Source: the human T2T-CHM13v2.0 reference genome, Homo sapiens. Taken from it: DNA of 64,000 nt. The stretch is from the NCBI RefSeq assembly GCF_009914755.1, contig NC_060929.1; one strand, written 5' to 3'. Position 1 is the first letter of the stretch. Every line of letters starts with the position of its first letter. The translations under genes and the position numbers were made by a program. A model generated the notes under the pieces. It was not told the DNA's origin, made no database searches, and saw only the letters and a list, made by a program, of their open reading frames with translations. Shown piece after piece: positions 46,597 to 64,000 of this stretch.

Positions 46597-47615
46597 TTAA
46601 AAAGAACTTTGAATAAAATTCTATGAAAAAAGACACTAGAATGCTGTTCTTAATTTTAATAGTGTTAAGATAGGTGTTAGTGTGGTCTGTTCTTTACCTC
46701 CCTTTATTTGGTGCAGAGAAGTTAGATCCTGCTAAATTTCAATTAAGAGGGGACCTTAAAATAAGGATCAATCTCTTATTTAACCCTGTAAGTTACTTTA
46801 AAGCTAATACAAGAAAAACAAAGACAAGTGAAAGTAAGGAAACAGAAATTGCAAAGAGTAAATGAAAGAAAAAAACTTTCAAGTGGTCGGAATTGAAAGG
46901 CACTGGAAAACGTTTCAGGTTCTACCCATCTGAGTTTATTTATGCATGTCCTAATACAGGCAGTATTTATTGCTTGTCTGATTTGTCACTCACAGATGAT
47001 TAGGACATAGTTCCTATCCTTAAGTAGCCCACACATTGAAGAAGAAATAGATTTGCATGAATTAAGAAGCAATAATATTTGCAGGGCAATCATAGTTGTA
47101 TACACAAGTTTTTATGAGAGAATAGAGGAGGGACAGCTTAAATGCATTATACAAGATTACAGAGTGATGATTCTCCTTAATCAGTGTGATGAGATTTTGA
47201 AGTTTGTTGAGGAAGGTGTGAAACATATTTTCTTTGTCTGTTTTGGTGTTCTTATCCCGATGTTTCTGGAAAAGTAAAATCTCCTGTTACTTTGGTGATC
47301 CCAGATGTCAGCAACATTTTCCCTTTGATTCTTGACATTGTGTGAGAGTTGTGTCTGAGATGAAAGGACTAGTAGAGAGCTAAATTTAGCACAGTGAGGT
47401 GGACAGAGTTATTGCTAGAAACATATTTTCAAGTGTTGAATTTTTAACTTTTCCCAAAAAGAATTGAAGAATCTCAACAATGTGACTATTTCTCTGTCTC
47501 AACATTAATTTTTACAAGACAAACGAAAATAAACATGAAAAATTTAAATGAGGCACTAAAGGAAATTGTCTGAATACACACACCCAAATGGGTACAACTA
47601 CTGAAATCTGGTGGA

Positions 47616-47637
47616 GGCCACACGGTGGCGCTGCAGG
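47616..47637 (+). promoter_or_regulatory. PCDHB10 promoter CSE / CTCF site
   Basis: ggccacacGGTGGCGCTGCAGG, 243 bp upstream of the ATG. Confidence 0.88.
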
Positions 47638-47845
47638 CTAAAGAGACGGTTTGGGAATTGCTCTGAGGATGCTATGCAAGTCACTAATAAAGGAAGACAC
47701 GGACAGATGAACTTAAAAGAGAAGCTTTAGCTGCCAAAGATTGGGAAAGGGAAAGGACAAAAAAGACCCCTGGGCTACACGGCGTAGGTGCAGGGTTTCC
47801 TACTGCTGTTCTTTTATGCTGGGAGCTGTGGCTGTAACCAACTAG

Positions 47846-50269
<2,424 letters not shown>

Positions 50270-52469
50270 AGTCTGTTTTTAGTTTCATATACTTTTGGTG
50301 TGTTACATAGCCATGTTTCTATTAGTTTACTTTTAAATCTCAAATTTAAGTTATTATGCAACTTCAAGCATTATTTTCAAGTAGTATACCCCTGTGGTTT
50401 TACAATGTTTCATCATTTTTTTGCATTAATAACAACTGGGTTTAATTTAATGAGTATTTTTTTCTAAATGATAGTGTTAAGGTTTTAATTCTTTCCAACT
50501 GCCCAAGGAATTAATTACTATTATATCTCATTACAGAAATCTGAGGTTTTGATTCATTTCAGAGCTTGCATCTCATGATTCTAATCACTTCTGTCTATAG
50601 TGTACTTGCTCTATTTAAGAAGGCATATCTACATTTCCAAACTCATTCTAACATTCTATATATTCGTGTTTGAAAACCATGTCATTTATTTCTACATCAT
50701 GTATTTAAAAAGAAATATTTCTCTACTACTATGCTCATGACAAAATGAAACAAAGCATATTGTGAGCAATACTGAACATCAATAATACCCTTAGTTTATA
50801 TACTTATTATTTTATCTTTAAGCATGCTACTTTTACTTGGCCAATATTTTCTTATGTTAACTTTTGCTGATGTATAAAACAGACTATGCCTTATAATTGA
50901 AATAAAATTATAATCTGCCTGAAAATGAATAAAAATAAAACATTTTGAAATTTGTGGTTGAGATTGCTGGAGATATTCATTTATATGTTGCAAATTTATT
51001 TTAAATACCAAATTTTTAATAAGCAAGAGGAACTAAAGGTTAGAATGAAAAACAAGTTTCATCAGTTTTTTTATATTACTATATATAAAATATATACTAT
51101 ATATAACTAACATTTTATAGTTTTTTAAGTTAGCTGTTCTGCCAGTCCCTTACCACAGTGTGGTTTCTTCTTGAATTGATCTCAATATTTATAAATAATA
51201 TGTTTATAATACTATATCTTGATATTGTTTTGTATTTGAACCATTTCTTTCTATAATAGAAAAGCATTTTAGCTTTATTTCCAAACTAACAAACATATAC
51301 AAACATTGCAAATTCTTTTTCTCCTATTCTCCAATATAGATGTCACAGTTTCTTAGTTAAATTAGTGGTTATTATCTATATTGTTACATGCTTCAGAATA
51401 TGCATTTGTATACTGTACTAGAATTACATTTCCATACTTGAAAAGTATGGTTCCTAGAGTTCGTAATTGTTATTTCATACTTGCATTATTTTCTATGTAC
51501 CTCTATTGTTTTTTTCCATATCTTTCATTTGAATGTATTTTCTCCTTAAAAATATTCCAATTTTTAAGATACTCTGTCAATGACATTTATTTTCAGGAGC
51601 TCTTTCATCGTGAGTTTCCTGTTTCATTTAGACTGGTTAATCTATAGACTGTTACCCTGGGACTTTTTCCCTTCAATACTTTCCTGTATGAGTCTACTTT
51701 TCCAAGGTCCAGTATACTCTTTTTTCTAGTTTACTCTCTTATTCAGCTGGCACGCATCTCTCAAGACCTTCATATAAACGAATGCAGAAGAGATTTTTAA
51801 AAAATTGTCTCCTTACATTGTGAAGACATCTTTTTTGTTTGTTTTCATTTGCTTGATAGTTTGACTGGGTATAAAATTCTAGTTTGAAAATAATTTTCCC
51901 TCAAATTTTGAAAGCTGAAGCTGTCTCTTTTACTCATTGCATGTCGAGTTTCTTCAGAAGACTGACTTGATTTTGATTCCATCTCTCTTTGTGTCCTTCT
52001 CTCTTACCTCCTTTCCTGGAAGCATTGAAAAACTTTTTCCTGGTAATCTGAAAAGACCTTAATACAGGCATTTTATTTATTAATCTGGCCATGCAGGCAT
52101 ACCCTGTTAACATATAGACTCTTACTGTAAGTTCTGAGAAATTTTCTTGTTATGTTTTAGTAATAATTTATCCATTGAGTTTTCTACAGTCTCACTTTAA
52201 CCAGAATCTCATTAAATATTGCACCTCCTGTGTTGATTTTCTGAGACTCTAAATTATAATTTTTTTCTTCTTTTCCATCTCTTGTTCTACTTATTAGACA
52301 ATTTATTTAATCATCCAATCTCCATATTTAAGTTTTTCTTTTTGGATAGCAAATATTTATTTTTAAGAGCTCTTGGTTTTTCATAACATCCTATTACAAA
52401 TTTGCAAATGTAAATCTTCTTTCATCTATAATTAATCTATTTATTCTTTAAAAATGCATTATATAGTAA

Positions 52470-52700
52470 GAGTTATTATTATACCTATTTTAAACTTGCA
52501 AGTGAATCAAAGGGAAGTTAAGAATTTGCCTAAGGCTATATAGCTAGTAAGGGGCACTTAAGCCCTAAGCTATTCTTTGTCTTCCAGGTATAAATACGTA
52601 CTTGATAGGGTTACTGTTAACATCAACTAGGTAAATCCATATGAGGCACTAGAATAATGAACTTAGAATAAGTCAATAAGTGTTAGCTCTTATTACATTT
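52470..52700. mobile_element. MIR fragments shared with the paralogous flank at ~61535-61810
   Basis: gaagttaagaatttgcctaaggctatatagctagtaag versus gagttaagaacttgtccaaggtaatatagctagtaaa. Confidence 0.6.
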
Positions 52701-54846
52701 TGTTTCTCTGGGGATACTAATCAGACATTTTAAAAGGCTTTCTTTTGTTTTCTGAATTATATCTATTCCCTCCTGTTGCTTTTTGTGCTTGGCGGTAGTA
52801 TTACAGTTTTGGCTTTTCTATTTCATGTTGTAGGCATTTTCTCAAATGTCTTGTTATCTTTGACTGTCTTATTATATATATGAATGGTGACACAGCAAAT
52901 GCTGACAGTCAACACTTCATGAGTATTGATGACAGGGCTTCACTCTAATGTAACCATGCTAGGATAGAGCTACTACCTTGGGAAACCCCCACATATCAGT
53001 ACATGTAAGTCTTTATCTGCGCCTTTCATATTCCCCAGGATAGAATTCTACAATATTCAATGTTTTGGGTGCGATGGGGAAGATGTCAGGCATATATCTT
53101 GTGTCCTACAATCTGAGAGTATCATGGCTAGGAGTCTCACAATACAGAAGGCAGTGTTTTGCCTAATCTCCCTATCTTTAGTTTCATACCTCCTACTTTC
53201 ACTCAGCTCTGCCTGGGGTTTCCAAGACTGGAGATAGTATAATTTCTCCAGAATATAATCTAATTTCTCCAGAGTATAAGCTTTCCATTCTCTGGCTCTC
53301 AGTTATTTTCTTGTCTCTGTATGATGGTGAAAAGACCAGAGAATTCAACTATCCTACATACATACTTTCAACTAATAACTTCTTTTTTAAGCCCTTACTT
53401 GACTTCAGCCTTCTTATACACCTGGTTCCTCCAAGTCTGGTACCTACTAGGATTGTGTAGGGAAAACCCAGTAGTTTATTTTTAGTATCTCCAATGAAGG
53501 AACTTTATTTTAGACATTTCTTGGAACTATTGTCAATTGCTCTTTCATCTGCTTTCTATCATCAAATAATTTGTGTATTTACTTATGTATTCTTAGTCTT
53601 TGTGAATTCATACCTTTTATTACTTTTCTGTCATTTTAGAGAGGGGTTAAGAAGAAGGAAGGATAATTGTATAGTCAATCCACATACTATTCAATTTCTA
53701 CTCTTCTGCACTGATAATTTTTCAACCATGTATCTAGTTCACATTTTTGTGAATGTAATTTGAAATTAGAATTTTTAAAAGCAGACTTCTTAGATGTCCT
53801 CCATTATTGAGAGTACTTTGAGATGTCTAACAGTGGATACCATTGGTAGTTTCCAAGCACCTATTCCAACTATCTCCCTCATTATGCCATGCACTTTGGC
53901 TAGGACTGAAACCACCTCAAGTTTAAGGGGCAATCTCTGCCTGGATTAAAACAAAGGGTCAAAGATGGAGTCTTTAGATTCTGGGACTATAATCTCTACC
54001 TTTAATCCTATACATCTTGAGACACTGATTTCTTCAGTAACAGGCTGAAGTGCTCTCAGTTGGTCTAATCAGAATGAAGGCTAAGATTTTGTTCTATTAT
54101 TGAGGAAGAAAATATCTCTCATTCTGTCTTCTTGAGCTGAAAAACAAAGCAGATAGCCATAGATGTTGCTGGAATAAATCTTGGGAAACTGAGGGAGGGC
54201 AGTCTTAGAAATAAGCCTGCTTTAAATGAAACTAACATGCTTGTGCTTGTGTATTTATTATTTTTTGAGAAGCTGGAACTAAATCAAGGATTCTCATAAT
54301 GTGTTCTACTCCCAATATCTTACTTTACTTTCTAGCAGTTCACAATTCCTTGCTACCAAGGAAATCTATATAAATGCCTTCTTGTGCTATCATAACTATC
54401 AAAGTATGTCCCATCTCATGGTTAATCCAGTTTCATATCCTCTGAGAGGACTTCTAAAATGACCCATGTATAGTTTGCCTTTTCATTACCACCTAAGGAA
54501 AGTCAAGTAGTGATAGAATTTTGTACAGCTTAAAAATATTATGGTTGTTTTATGTTTCCAGTCTTCTCAGAAAGATTACAAACCACTGGGAGCCAGGAAT
54601 CACATCTTGTATTTCTGTATTCACCACAACTAAGCACGTTTGGTTGTATGGAGAAGGGGGAAAGATAAATGCTTTAAGATGAATATTAACAGCATATCAA
54701 ACTAAAGAGAATATGAAATAATTATTACAGAACGTGCAATATATTTGTAATCACTTGAACACAATGAATAAAACAATATTTGTTTCCGGAGGACATATAA
54801 GTGAATGGAATTTAGGTAGCTTTCACCAAACTGTGAAAATCTATGG

Positions 54847-54868
54847 AGACACTTGGTGGCGCTGCAGG
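54847..54868 (+). promoter_or_regulatory. PCDHB11 promoter CSE / CTCF site
   Basis: agacacttGGTGGCGCTGCAGG, 234 bp upstream of the ATG. Confidence 0.88.
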
Positions 54869-54971
54869 ATAACATCGTGAAAAATATATTCACTGGATGG
54901 CGTTGTGAACACTGATATCCAGTGCACACAGAGAATCAGAAGACAGAAACAACAAGCCTTCAAGAGGGTGA

Positions 54972-57482
<2,511 letters not shown>

Positions 57483-57518
57483 TAAGAATGCTATTTACAT
57501 TTGCATGTACTTTTTTAG

Positions 57519-58214
<696 letters not shown>

Positions 58215-58400
58215 TATTTTCAATTTTCAAGTATTGCATATCATTGTGAATAACATTGTAAATCCTTTTTATATTAAGTAACAGGTAGTTAATCCATTTC
58301 TAATGAATAATTTTAAGGTTTTAATCCTTTCCAAGTGTACAATAATTTACTGATTATTATTTCTTATTCTAGAAAACTGACTTTGATTTTTCTCTTAGGT

Positions 58401-58693
<293 letters not shown>

Positions 58694-58993
58694 TCCCCTA
58701 GTATTTTTCACTGTCTGCATCCTATGATCCTAACCACCTGTGTATTGTAGTTTCTTCATGGGAGAAGTCATATCTGCCCTTCCAACCTTATTCTAACATT
58801 CTATTTATTCATTTAAAAAGCCACATCATCTAGTTCTAAATCACAGCATTTAAAGAGAAACATTTCATTATTAATGTGCTCATGGTAAATTAAATATTAT
58901 TTTGTGATCAATATTATACTTCAATACTAACTTTGTGCTTGTATTATTTTCTTAAATATACTACACTTACTTGGCTAATATTTTTAATGCTTT

Positions 58994-59029
58994 TGTGTGT
59001 GTATATATATATATATAGAGAGAGAGAGA
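58994..59029. repeat. Compound microsatellite (TG)n(TA)n(GA)n
   Basis: tgtgtgtgtatatatatatatatagagagagagaga. Confidence 0.9.
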
Positions 59030-59242
59030 TCATGGCTTATAATCCAAACAAAATGTAATAAACTGCATGAAAATAAATAGGAATATTAAAACATTTTGAT
59101 AATTTTGGGATGAGGATATTGGTGGACTGTTGGAAAGATATTCACTTTTCCTTTTATTTTGTAAATTTATTTCATTATTTTCAAATGTAAAAATCAAGAT
59201 GAACTAAAGGTTGAAAGAAAAACAAGGCCTGCCTCAGTGGCT

Positions 59243-59588
<346 letters not shown>

Positions 59589-59809
59589 TTAATTTCCAGT
59601 CTCCTTCTATTGAGTGGCTTCTTCTAGAATTACCTCAATACTTCTAAATGATATGTTTTTGCTGTTAAATCTTGCTACTCCATTTTACATTTTAATCACT
59701 TCTTGCTATGTATTTTTTAAAAAAGATTTAACTTTCTTTTCAACTAATGTAAACCAATATAAGCACTGCACATTCCCTTTCTCCTATTCTCCCAATAAAA
59801 TTGTTACAG

Positions 59810-60104
<295 letters not shown>

Positions 60105-60853
60105 TACAGTTTTTTTTAAGTGAAACTAATAGTGTCCATATTGCTAAGCTTTCTTCAAAATACACATTAGTGTAGTGTGATTAAATTTCCTTTCTTGAGA
60201 AACATTTTTCCTAGAACTGAAAATTGTTTTGTACTTACATAATTTTCCATTTACTAATATTAGTTTCTTTACATTCTCTAATTTGAATCTCTTTCTTCTC
60301 AAAATATTCAAATATATCAGATACCTGTCAATTATGTTTATTTCTTGGTGATCTTGCACCCAGATCTCTACTTCATTCATACTGGTTGCTCTATAGGCTG
60401 TCACCCTAGGACTTTAAAAAATATTTTTCTTTGTTGGTCCTTTTTTATAAGATCCAGTACATTCTTCTTTCTTAGTTTACTCACTTATTTTGTTGATGCA
60501 CATCTCTCAGTACCTTCATAAAAATGGATACAGAGGAAATAAAACTTTTTGAGAGCTTGCTTTGTTATTTTCTTTTTTTTTATTTGATTGATAGTTTGGG
60601 CATAACATTCTAGGTTGAAAATAATTTTCCCTCAGATTTCAAAAGCACTGCTCCTTTTATTGACTGCATATAGAATTGCTGTTCAGAAGACTGATTCCAT
60701 TCTGATTCCTATGTCTTTTTATGTGATTCCCCCCCTTTTTTTCTTTCTTTCTGTGAGCATTGAAAAAAATTCCCCTGGTCTTCTGAAAATACCTTAGTAC
60801 TGGCTCTTTATTGATTAATCTGGTTATATCGCTATGCCCTGTTCATGTTTAAC

Positions 60854-61017
60854 TTTTTTTTTTTTTTTAAGATGATGTCTCACTGTGTTACCCAGGCTGG
60901 AGTGCAGTGGCTATTCACAGGCACAATCACAGCACCCTGCAAGCTCTAACTCGAGAGCTACTTCTGCCTCAGCCTTCCAAGTTGCTGGGACTACAGGCAT
61001 GTGCTAGACCCCTTGGC
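60854..61017 (-). mobile_element. FLAM/FAM-like Alu monomer
   Basis: ctcactgtgttacccaggctggagtgcagtggctattcacaggcacaatc (7SL-derived monomer pattern). Confidence 0.75.
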
Positions 61018-61055
61018 TAATGTTCAGACTATCAATTTTATTTCTGAGAAATTTT

Positions 61056-61180
61056 GGTTGGGCATGGTGACTCACACCTGCAATCCCAGTACTTTGGGAA
61101 GCTGAGGCAGGATTATTTGAGGCCCCGAGTTTGAGACCACCCTGGGCAACATAGTGGGAACCTATCTCTACACAAAAACA
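61056..61180 (+). mobile_element. FLAM / Alu left monomer
   Basis: ggttgggcatggtgactcacacctgcaatcccag...ctgggcaacatagtggga. Confidence 0.75.
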
Positions 61181-61666
61181 ATTTGTTAAAAGGAATTTCC
61201 TTGGTATGTTTTACTCATAATTTCTCCTCTGAGTTTTCTGGATTCTCACTTCAATGAAAATCTCAGTTAAATATTAGACCTCCTAGATTGACTCTATAAG
61301 ACTATAAGCCATTTTTCCTTTCTTATTTTCTCTTTGCCTCTCATTCCATTTTTTGGACAATTTATTTAATCACTCAATGTTTTATGTATAAGTTTTTCTT
61401 TATGACTGAAAAATATTTACTTTTAAGAGTTGTTTTTGGTTCTCTGAATGTTTTTCATGGCATCCTGTCATAGATTTATAAATGTAATATTTTCTCTCAT
61501 TTATAATTAATCTTTTCTTTAAAAATGCATTAGGCAGTATCATTATTATATATCCATTTTAAAAGTGAAAGTGAGTCTAAGGGGAGTTAAGAACTTGTCC
61601 AAGGTAATATAGCTAGTAAAAAGCACTGAAGTCCTAATCTAGTCTTCATCTTACAATAGGAATATG

Positions 61667-61748
61667 TACTTCATATAGTTACTATTTAGATTAAGTGGAT
61701 AAATACATACTTCATACAGCTACTATTTAGATTAAATGGATAAATGCA
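61667..61748 (+). repeat. 41-bp tandem duplication
   Basis: tacttcatatagttactatttagattaagtggataaataca / tacttcatacagctactatttagattaaatggataaatgca. Confidence 0.85.
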
Positions 61749-63958
61749 TTATGAGGCACTTAGAACAATGAGTAGCATAGAGTAAATACTAAATAAGTAT
61801 TAGCTTTTATTAGATTTTCTTTCTCTGGGAATATTAACCAGACATTTTCAAAGGCTTTCTTCTGCTTTCTATATTATTGTTCCTTTTTTTTTTCTTGATG
61901 GTAGCGATGGTGGTAGTTTTGGTCTTTCTATGTTATGTTGCAGGCATTTCCTCAAATGCCTTGGCTATCTTCTCGTATTTTAGAAGGATGATATATCAAA
62001 ATGCTGACAATCAACTCTGTGAGCGAACAGTACCTGTTGATGGCAGGGCTTCATTCTAATATAACCATGCTAGGATAAGTCTATTACCTTATGAGATGCC
62101 AAATATTAATATGTGTCTTCATTTGGGCTTTCATATTCTCCAGGTTAGAATTCTACAATATACACTATGGGGATAGACTAGGGGTCAGGCATACACTTTG
62201 TGTCCTACAGTCTAAGAGTATTGCATGAAAAGGGATTAGAAGTCTCACCATGCAAAATGCAAAGGTTTGCTTACTCTCCCTATTTTCAGTTTGACACCTC
62301 ACACTTGTGCTCAGCTGTGCCTAGATCCCCAAGACTAGAGAAAGTCCCATTAAATTTCTCCAGAGAATAAACTTTCTATTTTCTGGCTGTGAGTTATGTT
62401 TCCATCTATGTAGGGTGATGAGAAGAACAGAGAATTCAATTATCCTCTACACATACTTCCAACTAATAACTTTTTTCCATCCTTAACTGACTTCAGTCTT
62501 CTTAAACATCTGGTTCCTCCAGATCTTGCGCTTAAAAGAGATTATGTTTCTTGTGAGTATCTTCAATGCAGGAACTTTACTTTAGGGGCACTTTTTGGAA
62601 CTGCTAAGTTAATTGCTCTTCCACCTGCTTTCTGTCATAGAAAAATGTATGTGTTCACTTGTGTATTCTTAATCTTTGTTAGTTCCTACCATTTTAATTA
62701 CTTTTCTGCCATTTTAGTGCATATTTTTTTTTAAAAAGAGAGGTTAATTGTGTGTGCTCAATTCATCTACTTTTCAAGTTTTACCCTTCTGTACCAATTA
62801 CTATTTCAACCATGTATCCAGCTTACATTTTTAAGAATATTAATTGAATTTAACATTTTAAAATGCAGACTTGTTGGATTCTTCTCCCATCCATTCTTAG
62901 TGCACTTTAAGACTTTCTATAGTGAATATCACTGATGAGCCCTTAGCATCTGTTGCAAACAGTCTCCCTCATTTTGTACCAATGAGGTACTTTGGCTAGG
63001 ACTGAAACCTTCCCAAGCTTAAGAGGTGGTCCCAGACAGGATTAAAACACAGTAATGGCCAGAGACAGGTCTTTAGATTCTAGGACTAAAATCTCCAACT
63101 ATAATTCTATACCTCTTGAAACAATGATTGCTTCAGTGGCAGACACATGATCTTACTTGGTCTAATTAGAGTGAAAGTTAGGTTTTTGTTCTATGTTTAG
63201 GGATAGACTCTTACTTTCTCTTCCTGGGCTGAAAGAGAAAACAGATAGCTACAGTTGTGGCTACAATAAATTTTGGGAACCTAAGGCAAGTCAGCTTTAG
63301 GAATAAGAGTCTGCTTTAAATTAAACTAACTTGCTCATGCTTGTGTACTTATGAATTTTTTTGTAAATTATGAAAAACTGGAACTAAATGATGGGTTTAC
63401 ATAACATGTTCCACCCCAATCTCTTGCTTCATTTTCTGCCTGTTCACAATTCATTGCTATTAAGGAAATCTACAGAAGTGCCTTTTTATGCTGTTGTGTT
63501 GACCTATATATGCCTCATCTCATGGTTAATCCAGTTTCATAACTTCAGAAAGGATTTCTGAGATGACCTTTCCTTTACCTTATCACGTAAGGAAAGCCAA
63601 GTAGTAATAGAATTTCATTCAGCTTAACAATCACTTATACCCTGCTTGTTTCAGGCTTACAATTGTCTCAGAAACACTATGAATTCCTGGGAGCCAGGGA
63701 TCACATCTTGTATCTGTGTTTACCACAACTGAACACATTTGGTTGTGAGAAGAGTGGGGAAAGACACTGAATAAATGCTTTAAAACAAAATCATCATCAC
63801 AAACTATAAAGAATATAAAACGATTATTATGGAAGATAAAATATATTTTTAATTACTTCAACAGAAGGAATTATTTAAACGCAATATTTATTTGCTTCTG
63901 GAGGACATTTATGTAAATAAAATTTAGGTAGTGTTCATCAAACTGTGAAAATCTGTGG

Positions 63959-63980
63959 AGACGCGTGGTGGCGCTGCAGG
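63959..63980 (+). promoter_or_regulatory. CSE / CTCF site of the next gene (expected PCDHB12, ATG predicted ~200 bp beyond window end)
   Basis: agacgcgtGGTGGCGCTGCAGGataa, paralogous to the PCDHB11 promoter context. Confidence 0.85.
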
Positions 63981-64000
63981 ATAATATCAAGAAAAAAATT

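Noticed and set aside
60854-61017. Possible 7SL/SRP RNA gene
   Set aside because: Only a diverged Alu-domain monomer with a poly-A tail; consistent with a FLAM/FAM retroposon.

Overview
Primate (almost certainly human) genomic DNA from the middle of the clustered protocadherin-beta (PCDHB) locus on 5q31. On the + strand are seven intact single-exon genes and one frameshifted pseudogene, in the order PCDHB6, PCDHB17P, PCDHB7, PCDHB8, PCDHB16, PCDHB9, PCDHB10, PCDHB11. The promoter element of the next gene (expected PCDHB12) sits at the right edge. Each gene encodes a signal peptide, six cadherin repeats, a TM helix and a short cytoplasmic tail. Each has a conserved CSE/CTCF motif 234-259 bp upstream of its ATG and a near-identical GC/CpG-rich ~0.9 kb core (end of EC4 to juxtamembrane). 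Intergenic DNA is AT-rich with Alu, old L1, MIR, Tigger/MER and LTR relics. The locus is well known, and I found no wholly new class of system. The most interesting observations read from the sequence are: (1) duplication units are offset relative to gene boundaries, so PCDHB9 looks like a PCDHB10-5'/PCDHB16-3' chimera and PCDHB11 like a PCDHB12-5'/PCDHB10-3' chimera; (2) PCDHB17P is disabled by a single 2-bp GT duplication and could encode a secreted EC1-5 ectodomain; (3) a decayed orphan CSE/promoter lies upstream of PCDHB6; (4) a fossil C-terminal tail lies behind the PCDHB16 stop; (5) PCDHB9 and PCDHB10 have an identical EC1. Gene symbols come from recognising the protein sequences and gene order. 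Repeat subfamily calls were made by eye and their boundaries are approximate.
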